Both the position numbers and the translations under genes were made by a program. This document shows, piece after piece, positions 30,188 through 41,836 of a DNA stretch of 64,000 nucleotides. The stretch is from Candidatus Oxydemutatoraceae bacterium. GTDB taxonomy: Bacteria; Pseudomonadota; Gammaproteobacteria; Poriferisulfidales; Oxydemutatoraceae. The notes under the pieces were generated by a model that was not told the origin of the DNA, ran no database searches, and worked only from the letters and a program-made list of their open reading frames with translations. The stretch lies in the NCBI GenBank assembly GCA_965219575.1, contig OZ244779.1, positions 652,769 to 716,768 of the forward strand, in the 5' to 3' direction. Positions within the stretch are counted from its first letter, which is position 1, and each line of letters opens with the position of its first letter.

Positions 30188-31531
30188 CTAGGGTAGTTCG
30201 GTTACCTCAAAAACAGCTACTCTGTTCGATTTAATGTACGATGACATATCATAATCTCTGCCGTCAATCATAATACTCACTTGGTAGGCATTGCCGAATT
30301 CAAATTTCAGCGGCAAGTTGACCATGAAAATCTTATTGTATCCGGTGGGTAAAATCCTATGGATGAAAATATCACCACCCCCGTCTCTCACACGCGCCCA
30401 ACTTTCACCGGTAGACATAACAACCAATGTCACCGGTTGCAACGCATCATCGATTACATCAAACTGTCCGTTGTCGGGCTCGGCATCCGCTTCGGTGTCG
30501 GCCACGGCAGGTTGTACCTCGTCATTCGGTACATTTATGGTTTCAATGTCGGAGACGGGCGGTGCCTCCTCTTGCGGCGATGGAATATCGGGGGTCTCCG
30601 GTTGCTCGGCGACATCCTCTTGCGAGACCGAAGGCTCGCCGGCGGAGGCAGGTGCTGCTTCCTCTTGTGAGACCGAAGCCTCGCCGGCGGAGGCGGGTGC
30701 TGCTTCCTCTTGTGAGACCGAAGCCTCGCCGGCGGAGGCGGGTGCTGTCTCTTGCGAAACCGGAGGCTCGTCTACGAAGGCGGGTGCTGCTTCCTCTTGC
30801 GAAAACGAGGGCTCGTCTACGGAGGCGGGTGCTGTCTCTTGCGAAACCGGAGGCTCGTCTACGGAGGCGGGTGCTGCTTCTTCTTGCGAAACCGAAGGAT
30901 TGTCTACGGAGGCGGGTGCTGCTTCTTCTTGCGAAACCGAAGGATTGTCTACGGAGGCGGGTGCTGCTTCTTCTTGCGAAACCGAAGGATTGTCTACGGA
31001 GGCGGGTGCTGCTTCTTCTTGCGAAACCGAAGGCTCGTCTACGAAGGCGGGTGCTGCTTCCTCTTGCGAAACCGAGGATTCACTTACAGGGTAGGTTGTC
31101 GGTCGATTCTCTTGCCACCAACCGATAACCAATGCCAGAAATATAAACGCCACAGCGACACTTCCCCAAAATATTATATATTTCTGCTGTCGCTCGTTGA
31201 GCGGCGAACTCGACGACAAGTCTTCAAGTAATTGGTCTGTTTCTTGAGGTATATTAGCGGTATACATATCAAGTACGGGAACCGAATCTATATGCAACAA
31301 CCGACAATACGAGCGTATATAACCGCGCACATAAACCAACTCGGGTAATTTGTCGTGTGTCTCTTCTTCCAACGCACGAATGGTGCGCGGAGACAAGCGT
31401 AATTTTCCGGCAATATCTTCAACAGTAAAGCCTCTTTTCTCTCGCTCGTAAGCTAGATATTGTCCGGGCTTTGTCGGTTTGTCTATATGTTCTTCGTCCA
31501 TATTGTTAATCTCTGCTAGATCTCTTTTCAA
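30188..31531 (-). CDS. rodZ: Cytoskeleton protein RodZ with expanded repeat linker
   Basis: N-terminal HTH with YVRGYIRSY, TM, C-terminal DUF4115-like domain. Confidence 0.88.
   Translation of the reverse strand: MKRDLAEINNMDEEHIDKPTKPGQYLAYEREKRGFTVEDIAGKLRLSPRTIRALEEETHDKLPELVYVRGYIRSYCRLLHIDSVPVLDMYTANIPQETDQLLEDLSSSSPLNERQQKYIIFWGSVAVAFIFLALVIGWWQENRPTTYPVSESSVSQEEAAPAFVDEPSVSQEEAAPASVDNPSVSQEEAAPASVDNPSVSQEEAAPASVDNPSVSQEEAAPASVDEPPVSQETAPASVDEPSFSQEEAAPAFVDEPPVSQETAPASAGEASVSQEEAAPASAGEASVSQEEAAPASAGEPSVSQEDVAEQPETPDIPSPQEEAPPVSDIETINVPNDEVQPAVADTEADAEPDNGQFDVIDDALQPVTLVVMSTGESWARVRDGGGDIFIHRILPTGYNKIFMVNLPLKFEFGNAYQVSIMIDGRDYDMSSYIKSNRVAVFEVTELP
30616..31075 (-). repeat. Coding tandem repeat of 45/42-bp units, about 10 copies (SVSQEEAAPASVDNP)
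   Basis: Directly visible near-identical units within rodZ. Confidence 0.95.
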
Positions 31532-31538
31532 TTAAGTA

Positions 31539-32666
31539 TTATCCCATATAAATCCGCTGGCCGGTGTTCACATCGTCGCTCGGACTGTTATTTTTAGGCA
31601 ATGCGCTTAGTTGTCCGCAAGCAGCCGATATATCCGAACCACGCGAGCGGCGTAGGGTAGTCACAATACCATATTCATACAAGATACTGCGAAAACGAGC
31701 AATTGTCTCGGCATCCGAACACAAAAAACCACTTTGCGCAAAATCGTTGAACGGGATTAAATTGACTTTAGCGGGAATTCCCTCAATCAATCGGGCGAGT
31801 GCCTCCGCACACGACACGGTATCGTTGACATCTTTGAGCATGACATAACCGAAAGTTAAGCCGGTGTTTGACCGGCGAGCATCCAAAAACTGACGCACCG
31901 CATTCATCAAAACCGCAATCGGATATTTGCGGTTTATAGGCACCAGACGGTTGCGCAAAGAATCGGTAGGTGCGTGCAGAGAAACCGTGAGCACAACATT
32001 CGGCACTGCCTTCAAGCGCAGGATGCCGGGGACATAACCCGATGTGCTTACGGTGACCCTGCGCCCCGGAATACCGTACGCAAGGTCGTCGGTCATCAAA
32101 GATGCGGCGCGAATAACCGCATCAAAATTCAATAACGGCTCACCCATTCCCATAAACACCACATTGCTAACCTCGGTTTCACCCACCGCACGCAAACGAC
32201 GATTAACCAGCCACAACTGGGCAGTAATCTCGCCGCAATCCAGATTGCGCTTGAAGCCTTGACGTGCGGTCGCACAAAAAGCACAGTTTAGTGCGCATCC
32301 GACTTGGGTAGAAATACACAATGTGTTTCTCCGCTTCTCGGGAATTAATACGGTCTCTATCGGGTTGCCGTCTTTTAGTCTAAGCAACCATTTATAGGTG
32401 CCGTCGGCAGCGCGTTGCTCTTTGACAATCGTCGGAAAATCCCAAGCCGACACTCGGGCGAGCTTGTCGCGCAGTGTTGCTTTAAGATCGTGCATCCGGT
32501 TATAATCGCATACCCCTAAACGGTGTATATATTTGATTACCGATTTTGCATGCACCGCCTTTTCACCCAAAGCCGAGCATAAGTCGGCTAGTTCTTCGTG
32601 CCTTAATGCCAACGGGTTTATCGGTGTGCGAGTAGCAACATTATTACTCAAAAAGTCCGCTTGCAT
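31539..32666 (-). CDS. rlmN: 23S rRNA/tRNA m2A methyltransferase RlmN
   Basis: CALNCAFC radical SAM motif, FMGMGEP, AACGQL. Confidence 0.97.
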   Translation of the reverse strand: MQADFLSNNVATRTPINPLALRHEELADLCSALGEKAVHAKSVIKYIHRLGVCDYNRMHDLKATLRDKLARVSAWDFPTIVKEQRAADGTYKWLLRLKDGNPIETVLIPEKRRNTLCISTQVGCALNCAFCATARQGFKRNLDCGEITAQLWLVNRRLRAVGETEVSNVVFMGMGEPLLNFDAVIRAASLMTDDLAYGIPGRRVTVSTSGYVPGILRLKAVPNVVLTVSLHAPTDSLRNRLVPINRKYPIAVLMNAVRQFLDARRSNTGLTFGYVMLKDVNDTVSCAEALARLIEGIPAKVNLIPFNDFAQSGFLCSDAETIARFRSILYEYGIVTTLRRSRGSDISAACGQLSALPKNNSPSDDVNTGQRIYMG

Positions 32667-33079
32667 ATCTCCGCTTCATTAAAAAAGAAGGCGATCTCGG
32701 TTTGTGCAGTCTCGGGTGCATCGGAACCATGCACCGCATTTTGATCGATATTGCTGGCAAAGTCCTTTCGGATAGTGCCGTCAGCCGCTTCCTGCGGATT
32801 CGTCGCTCCCATCAACTCACGGTTGCGCGCTATAACATTCTCGCCCTCCAACACCTGCACCATAACCGGACCCGATGTCATAAATTTCACCAAATCCTTG
32901 AAAAACGGACGCGCCTTATGAACCGCATAAAACCCCATCGCCTGCAACTCGGACAACTGCATCATCCTCGCCGCCACAATCCGTATGCCCGCCGCCTCGA
33001 AGCGAGCGTAAATCTCGCCGATATGATTCGCCGCAACCGCATCGGGTTTGATAATAGACAAAGTTCTCTCTATTGCCAT
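32648..33079 (-). CDS. ndk: Nucleoside diphosphate kinase
   Basis: [17 protein letters not shown]. Confidence 0.99.
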   Translation of the reverse strand: MAIERTLSIIKPDAVAANHIGEIYARFEAAGIRIVAARMMQLSELQAMGFYAVHKARPFFKDLVKFMTSGPVMVQVLEGENVIARNRELMGATNPQEAADGTIRKDFASNIDQNAVHGSDAPETAQTEIAFFFNEAEICKRTF

Positions 33080-33091
33080 CGTTGTTCTCCT

Positions 33092-33292
33092 CTAGTCTTT
33101 TTCCTCTATCCACGCCATTTGAATCGCCTCTAGAATCCTCTCACCGGAATGTTTAGGATCGTCGTCGAAGTCTTCAAGCTCGCAGACCCATTGATATAAA
33201 TCGGTAAAACGCACCCCTTGCGGATCCACATCCGGATGCGCCTCGTCCAAAGCAATCGCAATCTCACGACTGTCCGTCCACTTTAGTGCCAT
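33092..33292 (-). CDS. iscX: Fe-S cluster assembly protein IscX
   Basis: [10 protein letters not shown]...RFTDL...ILEAIQMAW. Confidence 0.95.
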   Translation of the reverse strand: MALKWTDSREIAIALDEAHPDVDPQGVRFTDLYQWVCELEDFDDDPKHSGERILEAIQMAWIEEKD

Positions 33293-33433
33293 AATGTTCT
33301 CCTTGTGTCTATGATAATTCGGTACGATGCTATGCCGATTGTACCACTACTCGTAGTGGTAGGCTATTATAGTGCTAGTACATTCCCCCCTTCAGAGAGT
33401 AGCAGGCGTAGCCTGACGAGGTGGTTGTATCGT

Positions 33434-33731
33434 GGGGCTGTTGAAAAAGTACTGTTTCTGCACAACTGCAACCGCTTGCGCCGTGAATTTATAATAACCA
33501 CCAAGCCGTAGGGGCAGACCTGTGTGTCTGCCCTTAAGTGCCGTTCTGCACAGCCGCAACCGCTTGCGCCATTTGGTTTTGGTTTCCATAAATCAGATGA
33601 ATGAATGTATAAATCGTCCATGCATAACGCGTTACGGGCGGACATGAAAGTCCGCCCCTACGGCGGTTTACAAATGTTCATGGCGCACAGCGATTGGGTT
33701 TGAGCAATGCCCGTACTTTTTCAACAGCCCC
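33434..33731. mobile_element. Modular MITE copy 6, inserted in a second repeat family
   Basis: Perfect TIRs, near-TSD ATCGT/GTCGT; flanks match the uninterrupted sequence around 61212-61275. Confidence 0.9.
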
Positions 33732-34441
33732 GTCGTATCCGCACTATTTAATTCCCCCTCTGTGGAGGGTGGCAAGTGCAATGACCCTAGGCGGTAAATC
33801 GACTACAGATCGGAAGCCCATTCGTCGGCAAAACTCTCTGCTTGCTTCAAAACATTGTGTGTTGCAATCTCTTGTTTGTCGGGCGGATAACCGTATTTAC
33901 GCAGCACGCCTTTCACCGCAACACGAAGCCCCGCTTGCACGCTTTCTCTAACAGTCCAATCAATAGTAGCTCCCTTCTTCACTTTTTCAACTAAAATTCT
34001 TGCAATATCTCGCAGTGTGTCATCTCCCAGCACCCTTTTTGCGCTATCATTGTCGGCAAGCGCATCATAAAACGCCAATTCCTCTTGCGAAAGCCCATAT
34101 CTCTCACCTCGTTTATCGGCATCTGTTATCTCTTTGGCAATTCTTATCAGTTCTTCGATGATTTGTGCCGTGGTTAACAAATTATTCCGATATTTCTTAA
34201 TCACAGCATCCAACATCTCCGAAAGTTTCCTACCTTGAATAAAATTCTTTTTAATCCTTGCTTTGATTTCATCGTTAAGAATTTTTTTCAAAAGTTCTAG
34301 GGCTAGATTTTTATGTTGCATACCTCGCACTTCCTCTAAAAACTTGTAAGCGCAAAGTAGTAATGTCACCTTTCGCCAAAGTAGAAATGTCACCTTTAGG
34401 GGACAATAAAGCATTTTTAACCCAGCTTAGGAGAAGATGCA

Positions 34442-35751
34442 ATGAACGAAGGAACTTACTCTATGTCAGACAAAGAAATAGAACGCCACCATGTCCTCAA
34501 GCGATGCTTGGAGGAAAAATTACCGAGAGCCAAGGCCGCACAGATGCTCAACATCAGCGTCCGCCATGTGAAGCGATTATTAAGTGCCTATCGCAAGCAA
34601 GATATCAAGGCACTGATATCTAAACGACGCGGTAAGCCTTCAAACAATAAAATACCGGAGACAATCAAACAACTAGCCGTTAAGCTCATTCGTGAGAACT
34701 ATCACGATTTCGGACCGACTTTTGCACATGAGCAGTTGTTTGAATGTCATGGGCATTTATTTGACCGCTCATTCAGCGTTGAAACCTTGCGCAAGTGGAT
34801 GATTGCAGAGGGGCTACACCAGGGTAAGCGACGCAATGCAATCAAAACGCATCAAAGCCGTCCCAGACAAACTGGCTTCGGCAAACTCATACAGATTGAC
34901 GGTTCGACCCACGATTGGTTTGAAGGGCGAGGCGACCCCTGCACGCTCATTATATTTATTGACGATGCCACCTCACAGATTACCGCATTGCATTTCTGTG
35001 CTGCCGAGACCACCTTTGATTATATGCGAACACTCAAACAGCATATCCAACGCCATGGCTGCCCGTTGTGCCTGTATTCCGACCGCCATAGCATCTTTAG
35101 CAACAATGCCAAAGAGCAACACATCTTTCAACAACCGACCCAGTTCCAAAGTGCTTTGCAACAAATGGAAATTGAACTATGCCTGGCACGCACACCGCAA
35201 GCTAAAGGACGCGTTGAACGCGCATTCAAAACCCTGCAAGACCGATGGGTCAAACTCATGAGGCTTCACAACATCTGCTCTATTGAGGAAGCTAACCAGT
35301 TTGCTCAATGGTATCTCCCAAAACACAATCAGCAGTTCGCCACGAAGCCTCTAGACAGCCACGACTATCATCGCAAAATGCCTCTCACCCAGCGAGAATT
35401 AGCACTGGCTTTGTCTAAACAGAGTACTAGAAAGTTATCGAAAAACCTCATCTGTCAGCATCATAATATACAGTATCTTATCAAAACCAAGAAACCCGGT
35501 TATGCGATGCGTGGCGCATCGGTCACCGTGTGCGAGCTACTCAATGGCGAGATTGTCATACTCTACAAAGGGCGGGAGTTGGCGCATGATATCTACTGCG
35601 AACACCCCCACTGTCTCAACCGTACAACGACAAAACAATCAATCTAGCGGTAGATGAGATTGTGGCAAAACACCGTCGCGGTCATAAGCCGAAGCCGACC
35701 CACCCGTGGAGACGCTACAATAAGGATTATCTCAGTGCCAAGCAGAAGTAA
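34442..35751 (+). CDS. ISNCY/IS1202 DDE transposase, with a -1 frameshift at the C5 run 35605-35609
   Basis: QIDGSTHDWFE, IDDAT, YSDRHSIF, QAKGRVER; typical HKPKPTHPWR tail lies in the shifted frame ending at TAA 35751. Confidence 0.85.
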
Positions 35752-35847
35752 TCAGAACCGGTGTTTTCCCAGACTTACGCACAGGCTGTCTAACATGCCT
35801 GTGCCACTGCAAACGCATCATTCGTCAAACCACGAGATAGCAACCGA

Positions 35848-36114
35848 GCACCACACACGCTCTAAAATGCTTGGGAATTGGAAGGTAGTAGAGTTCATCT
35901 CAACTAGAGATCGTCTCTTAACGGCACGCTATAGAGCTTGTTTTTTAGTCGGCAAGCCTGATTTAGGCAAAAACAAGCACTGGCACCGCATACGCTCTAA
36001 AATGCTTGGAAATTGGAAGGTAGTAGAGTTCATCTCAACTAGAGATCGTCTCTTAACGGCACGCTATGGGGCTTGTTTTTTAGTCGGCAAGCCTGATTTA
36101 GGCAAAAACAAGCA
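35848..36114. repeat. 135-bp tandem duplication in the 3' region of the IS
   Basis: Units start at 35848 and 35983, few mismatches. Confidence 0.95.
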
Positions 36115-38973
36115 GTATTAGCCAATTTATCACCTAGTCGAATAATCAACTAACGGACATAAAGTAATCTTAGATATCTAGTTTCCTGAAGGTTTTATCG
36201 GCATCAAGGGTGACATTTCTACTTTGGTCAAGGGGGTGACATTTCTACTTTGGGTTGACACTTCCTCTAAAAACTCGTCGGAAAGAATAGAAATGTCGGG
36301 CTTCTTGATTCCCGCTGCATCAAAAATGTCGATAACCTCGTCGGTCGCAATCGCTTTATCAACGATTTGTTTAATTGCCGTTTCTATCTCGACATCGCTT
36401 TTCCCGTCATCCGACGATTCTAGTTTTATTAGTCTAGCTTTCACCGCTTCAAAAAAGCCTAGCTCATCTCTGATTTTCGCTGCCTCGTCGCTAGGCACCG
36501 AGAGCGCAAATGTTTTTGCTAGTACCGAGACTTGTTCTATATACCTTTTCTTGCCATCGTCCAAATTGAGTATATGCTCCTGCGCCTCCAAAATGATGGT
36601 CAGTTTTCTCCCAGTATCGGCAGCGAAGTATCGCTTGTAGTCAAAACCATTGAACAACTGCACAACGATTTCGTATTTTTCCATCATCGTTGCAATTGCG
36701 GTTTCCTGTTCCAATGCAGGTTTCCCTCGCCCACCACTATTCGTATAAATCGCAAGTGCCTGTTTCAAGTCGTGAGCAATTCCGATGTAATCCACCACAA
36801 GTCCGCCGGGTTTATTTTTATAGACCCTGTTGACGCGCGCAATCGCCTGCATAAGATTATGCCCACGCATCGGTTTGTCTATATACATCGTATGTAAAGA
36901 CGGTGCATCAAAACCGGTCAACCACATATCCCGCACGATAACCAGCTTCAAAGAATCCGTGGGATCCTTAAACCGATCCCCCAATTCTTTCTTTTGCCTC
37001 TTGGTTGTGCGATGCGGCTGATAACTTGACGGGTCGCTTGAATTAGAAGTCATAATGACCTTTATCCGCCCTTTCTCAAGATCGGTATCATGCCAATCCG
37101 GACGAAACTTAGTAATCATGTCGTATAGCGCAACGGCAATACGCCGGCTCATTGCAACAATGATGCCTTTGCCTTCAAGTGCTTTTTGTCGTTCCTCAGA
37201 ATGCTCAACGATGTCTTGTGCAACTACTTTCAGCCGTTCCTCATTACCTACGATCGCTTCCATTTGCGCCCATTTTGCCTTCGCTTTCTCCGTAGCGGTG
37301 AACTCCTGATCTTCGGTAATCTGTTCAACCTCATCATCCAGCTTTTGCATTTCCTCCGGCTTCAGATGCACATGCGCAAGACGCGACGCATAGTAAATGG
37401 GAATAGTTGCCCCATCTTCCACCGATTGTTGAATATCATAAATGTCAATATAATTGCCGAAAATTGCCGGTGTTGAAATGTCCGCTCTCTCAATCGGTGT
37501 TCCGGTAAAGCCGATGAAAGAAGCGTTCGGTAAGGCATCCCGCAGATACTTAGCAAAACCATAGCGTATAGATACTCGATTATCTTTTATGCCGGTTATC
37601 GCTTTGAAGCCGTATTGAGAGCGATGCGCCTCATCGGCAATAACAACGATGTTTTCGCGTTTTGAGAGTAGTTCAAATTGCTCTCTATCCTCTTCGGGAG
37701 AAAATTTTTGAATCGTTGTAAAAACGATGCCACTGCCTCGTGTTTGCAAAAGTTTTTTTAAGTGATCGCGAGATTGCGCTTGCACCGGTTCTTTTATTAG
37801 TAATTGCCGACTCGCCGCAAATGCCCCGAACAACTGGTCGTCAAGATCATTTCTATCGGTCAGCACGAGCAAGATCGGATTCTTCATACGCGCATCTCCC
37901 ATCAACCTGCCGGCATAAAAAACCATAGAAAGCGATTTGCCGCTGCCTTGCGTGTGCCAAACAACACCGACTTTTCTATCACCCGCCGGTTGGGTATCGA
38001 CCATCGGCAAATCGGAGTCCTTGGGTGCTTTCTTCGCTGCTTCGGAAACTCCCGTAGCAGTCGCCCGAATGGTTGACTCCACTGCCTTGCACACTGCGTA
38101 ATACTGATGGTATGCAGCAATTTTTTTGCTGGTTTCGGCTTGCGATTTTTCAAAAACCGTAAACTGCTTGATAAGGTCAAGAAGCACATCGGGACGAAGC
38201 ATCCCTTTAATAAGCGTTTCTACCTGTGGTGTCGTGCTTTTATCCTCTCTGACACCGTCAACGGTTTTCCATGCCATGAAACGGTCCATGCCTGCCGTGA
38301 GCGAACCTGCTCTGGCATCGAGACCATCCGACGCAACCAAAACCCCGTTGTAGTAAAACAAACTCGGCGCAGCCTTCTTATAATTCTGTAACTGAGTATA
38401 TGCTTTTTTAACCGTAGCCTTCTCATCGGTAGGGTTTTTGAGTTCAATCACAACCAAAGGTAAACCGTTGATTAATAAAACCACATCGGGGCGTATCTTT
38501 GTCTTATTTTTATTCTCTACGACGGTATACTGATTGCAAACGATGAGATCGTTGTTCATCGGGTTTTCAAAATCAACCAACATGACCTTACCACCGACCG
38601 TGTCGCCTTCTTTTTGGTATTCCAACGCAAAACCCTCAATCAAGTACCGATGAAAAGTCTCATTGTTTTCAATCATGCTCTGACTGGATAATCCTAAAAC
38701 TTCTCGTAGCGCATATTCCCGCTCATCTTCGGGAATATCGGGATTAAGGCGAGTGACGGCATCCTTTAGATGCTTTCGGCAAACAACCTCCGAAAAATCA
38801 CCACGCGCCCGCTCCTGTTCCTCCGGTGAAAGATAGGTATACCCCTGCGCCTGCAAAAGCTCTATCACCCACTCTTCAACTTCGGATTCGTAGAGGGAAA
38901 GCATGATTGTTGATTGTGAAGATTGGTGCTGTATTTAGGGCAAGCATACACCGATAGAGAACAAACTACGACA

Positions 38974-40713
38974 CTAGTCGTATTCCAATTCTACCCGCCT
39001 ACCTAATAACTTACCTTCTTCGGATTCATCGTTTAGTTTACAAACCGTGTTTTGTCTTATAAAAGCCTGAACCGGTTCAGCTAAGGTTATTAAGTCCTTC
39101 TGGTTGATACTCGCTATATATTGTTTATCCTTAAATTTATCGCGAACAATATCAAACAACACCTCACAATGTGTTTCATCAATATCGCTGAATAACCTGC
39201 TGTCATGAAAAATAAAATCTATATGATGATTGTTAGCACCGAATAGCACACATAAGTCATAACAAAACAATTTGACACTATTAATTCCATCGGAAGAATC
39301 CGATTGTATTTTTGCTTCTATATTATATCTAATTTGATTTTCCCCTTCGTTATTGACAATCGTGATACCGGCTAGTTCATCGGGGTAAAATTTCTTTGCC
39401 AAAGTCCTAAAATCGTTATTAATAGATTCTAAAAAAGATTCGTTTATTTCCAAGTATTCGGTTGTTTTGCCGTTTTCGTCTACTAGACTTTGTTCTAATT
39501 TTTTTATTTCCTTCTTACATTCTTTCTGAAATTTTTGATAAGAAACCAACTTTTCTCTTTTTTGTTTTAGCTCGCTTAATTGTTTGTTCTTTTCAACAAA
39601 AACATCCAATGCGCCATGTGCCCCGAGGAACGCCAAGGTTTCGTCAAATTGTGTTTGTGATTTTGCCGCCTCTGCTTCTAACTTTTCTAACTCGCTCATA
39701 ATTGACCGTTTTTGCTCCGCTAATCTTTTTGTACGATTAGTCTTCAAATCCATATAAAATTTTTCTAAATCCGATAACCTCTTTTCTACTTTAACTAGAA
39801 ATACCTTTTTAGACTCTTCGTATATTTTTTTAATGTCCTTCTGATCTATATCAACTTCAAAGCGTAAACTCTGATCGATCCGCTTTATGGTACTTTTATG
39901 TAGATAAATTTGCTTTTGCTTCTCATCAATCAATTTTTTCAACTGATCCGCTTCTTCCTGACGCTGATAATAATCTTTGGCAACCCTATAGTTTTTTAGA
40001 TCTTTCTCCAACTTTTTAATTCTCTCCTCTATATCCGTAAGCAGTAATAGATAATCGTTACTCACATTTTGATTGTGACCGAAAAACCCTCTCATGATAG
40101 GATCCTTTTCTGTGTTTCGTAAGCTATTTCTTCGTATCGTTAAATCGTCTTTTAGTACTTTTTTCTTATCGGCTAAAAAGACATCCAAGCCTAATAAAAA
40201 AGCGTTGTAAAGTAGTTTTTGATACGATTGCTTAAATTTTTGAGGTTCATCATAATTTGTATATGAAGTTTTTGATGGTCTCAGAAAAAACGGCAGCAAA
40301 GAACGAAAAGTCAAGAACTTGAAACCTTCCTCTATATCAAAACATAGCTCTTGCATTCGTTGGTAAAATTCTGTCAGTTTCAAAGTTTCATCGTTCAACT
40401 CAATTAAGTTATGATTATCAACCGATCTTGTAATAATGTAGGACTTACCCTTTATGCTGAGCTTCAAGGTGAACTTCCAATCTTTTAAGTCATCACACGA
40501 ACTTAATGTTTTAGTGATGCCACTACTCGCACCGGCACCCAGACAAAAATCAACTAACGCAACTAAAAGAGATTTACCGACACCATTGTAGGTCTTCTTT
40601 TTATCACTCTGTCCGGGGTTTTTCTGTTCGGCAATAATAAAGCTAGCACCCGATGGATTAAAGTCTATTTTTTTGAAACTCTCTTGGTTTGCCGATATTG
40701 AAATTAAACGCAT
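38974..40713 (-). CDS. ABC-three-component / Lamassu-like SMC-type ATPase (DUF2326, LmuB-like)
   Basis: NGVGKS Walker A, long coiled coil, SSDG signature variant, FIFHDS Walker B, QYIASIN. Confidence 0.88.
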   Translation of the reverse strand: MRLISISANQESFKKIDFNPSGASFIIAEQKNPGQSDKKKTYNGVGKSLLVALVDFCLGAGASSGITKTLSSCDDLKDWKFTLKLSIKGKSYIITRSVDNHNLIELNDETLKLTEFYQRMQELCFDIEEGFKFLTFRSLLPFFLRPSKTSYTNYDEPQKFKQSYQKLLYNAFLLGLDVFLADKKKVLKDDLTIRRNSLRNTEKDPIMRGFFGHNQNVSNDYLLLLTDIEERIKKLEKDLKNYRVAKDYYQRQEEADQLKKLIDEKQKQIYLHKSTIKRIDQSLRFEVDIDQKDIKKIYEESKKVFLVKVEKRLSDLEKFYMDLKTNRTKRLAEQKRSIMSELEKLEAEAAKSQTQFDETLAFLGAHGALDVFVEKNKQLSELKQKREKLVSYQKFQKECKKEIKKLEQSLVDENGKTTEYLEINESFLESINNDFRTLAKKFYPDELAGITIVNNEGENQIRYNIEAKIQSDSSDGINSVKLFCYDLCVLFGANNHHIDFIFHDSRLFSDIDETHCEVLFDIVRDKFKDKQYIASINQKDLITLAEPVQAFIRQNTVCKLNDESEEGKLLGRRVELEYD

Positions 40714-40946
40714 CTTTTTATAAGCCCGTCCTGTTCAAGAATACAATCTGCAACATATAAAAAAATCAAAGTCATAATCAAATTATCAAAAGTATGTTTC
40801 CCGGGATATTTCTTCTTCTTATAGTCCTTGCGATATTGTTGCCATAAATCATCAATACTTCGGGAACTATCAAGCAATGACAACACATAGGAACCGAACC
40901 CTAATAGGGACTTGGAAAAATTAATATTTTTTGTGGGTAATATCAT
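40704..40946 (-). CDS. ABC-three-component middle component (LmuC-like)
   Basis: MILPTK....SLLG.G, LIFLY pattern; overlaps both neighbours. Confidence 0.8.
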   Translation of the reverse strand: MILPTKNINFSKSLLGFGSYVLSLLDSSRSIDDLWQQYRKDYKKKKYPGKHTFDNLIMTLIFLYVADCILEQDGLIKRCV

Positions 40947-41836
40947 TTAGGCTCCTCAAAAATATCACAAATTTCAAAATACTTAGCCATTATTATAATC
41001 GCTGCAGATTGGAATAGTTGTTCCTGCCTATGACTAATAGTATTCATTATTTTCATAAATAATTTGTCTCCCGAAAACTCTCTCGCTTTATTGATATAAA
41101 TTTCTCTGACCCGATCCTTGACCTGTTCCGCAAAAAAATTACTATTGTTGTCAAGACATTCATCCAGTTCGGCAACATGTAAAAAACCCTGCTCCAAGTA
41201 TCTTTTCACTGCCTCCGATAAACCATTAAATTCGATCTTCTCACCCCAATTCGGATATTTAATGTCACCATCCTGAGTGTCGCTAATATCTATTTTCATT
41301 AGATGTGTTATTACTTCGTCTAAAACAGAATAGTCTAAGTGTATTTCTTCAGGATTGGGAAATGAACCGGTAATACTTAATATTTGGTCATCATCTAAAG
41401 AAGAGAAGACTAAATCTTCCAATTTATTAACACCCCAGACCTCTGTTTTTATATCGTAATTGCCGGCAATTTTCTCGACGGCTTGTAACAGATGCGGCGG
41501 CACTCCGTGATATTTATCGTTGATAACAAAATAATATGCTTTGATTTCTTTCCACTTTTTTAAAAGACCGGCAAAATCGGATTCTAGCTTCTTGACCCCA
41601 TTACCGAGAGATTTGCGTATGTCTTCCGGAGCATAGACCTGAAAATATATCCCTTGTGACGGAATATAACCATCAGTTTTGTAATCACCGATATTGCCCC
41701 ATGGTTTTATCCGTTGAAAATCCGGTTCTGCATAGTTCATAATACGAGCGAATAGATCCTCAAAAGATTTTCCTTCGGTTTCGTGTATTTTTAGCTTAAA
41801 GAGTATTCTGGCTAGATATTTTCCCTTGTCATCCAT
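40943..41836 (-). CDS. ABC-three-component effector with restriction-endonuclease-like N-terminus (LmuA-like)
   Basis: FEDLF..IM, GDYKTDG...FQVYAP nuclease-like motif, C-terminal YFEICDIFE motif. Confidence 0.8.
   Translation of the reverse strand: MDDKGKYLARILFKLKIHETEGKSFEDLFARIMNYAEPDFQRIKPWGNIGDYKTDGYIPSQGIYFQVYAPEDIRKSLGNGVKKLESDFAGLLKKWKEIKAYYFVINDKYHGVPPHLLQAVEKIAGNYDIKTEVWGVNKLEDLVFSSLDDDQILSITGSFPNPEEIHLDYSVLDEVITHLMKIDISDTQDGDIKYPNWGEKIEFNGLSEAVKRYLEQGFLHVAELDECLDNNSNFFAEQVKDRVREIYINKAREFSGDKLFMKIMNTISHRQEQLFQSAAIIIMAKYFEICDIFEEPK

Larger units (their letters stand above)
34345..36260 (+). mobile_element. IS1202-family (ISNCY, ISTde1-like) insertion sequence, 1916 bp
   Basis: TGT...ACA ends, two aaagtagaaatgtcacc-type sites at each end, 15-bp TSD CTTCCTCTAAAAACT (34330 and 36261). 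Confidence 0.9.
33803..38904 (-). pseudogene. hsdR: Type I restriction subunit R, split by an IS (pieces 38904-36261 and 34329-33803)
   Basis: RPD..IELK nuclease, HTQGSGKS, DEAH, QAIARVNR; EFLEEV duplicated at both IS junctions; DUF3387-like tail cut off. Confidence 0.93.

Noticed and set aside
30291-31231. Long plus-strand ORFs over rodZ
   Set aside because: Antisense shadows of the stop-free tandem repeat.
35605-35609. Programmed frameshift in the IS1202 transposase
   Set aside because: A single-base loss in a C run with no slippery heptamer; mutation or homopolymer sequencing error is more likely (same caveat at about 50033).
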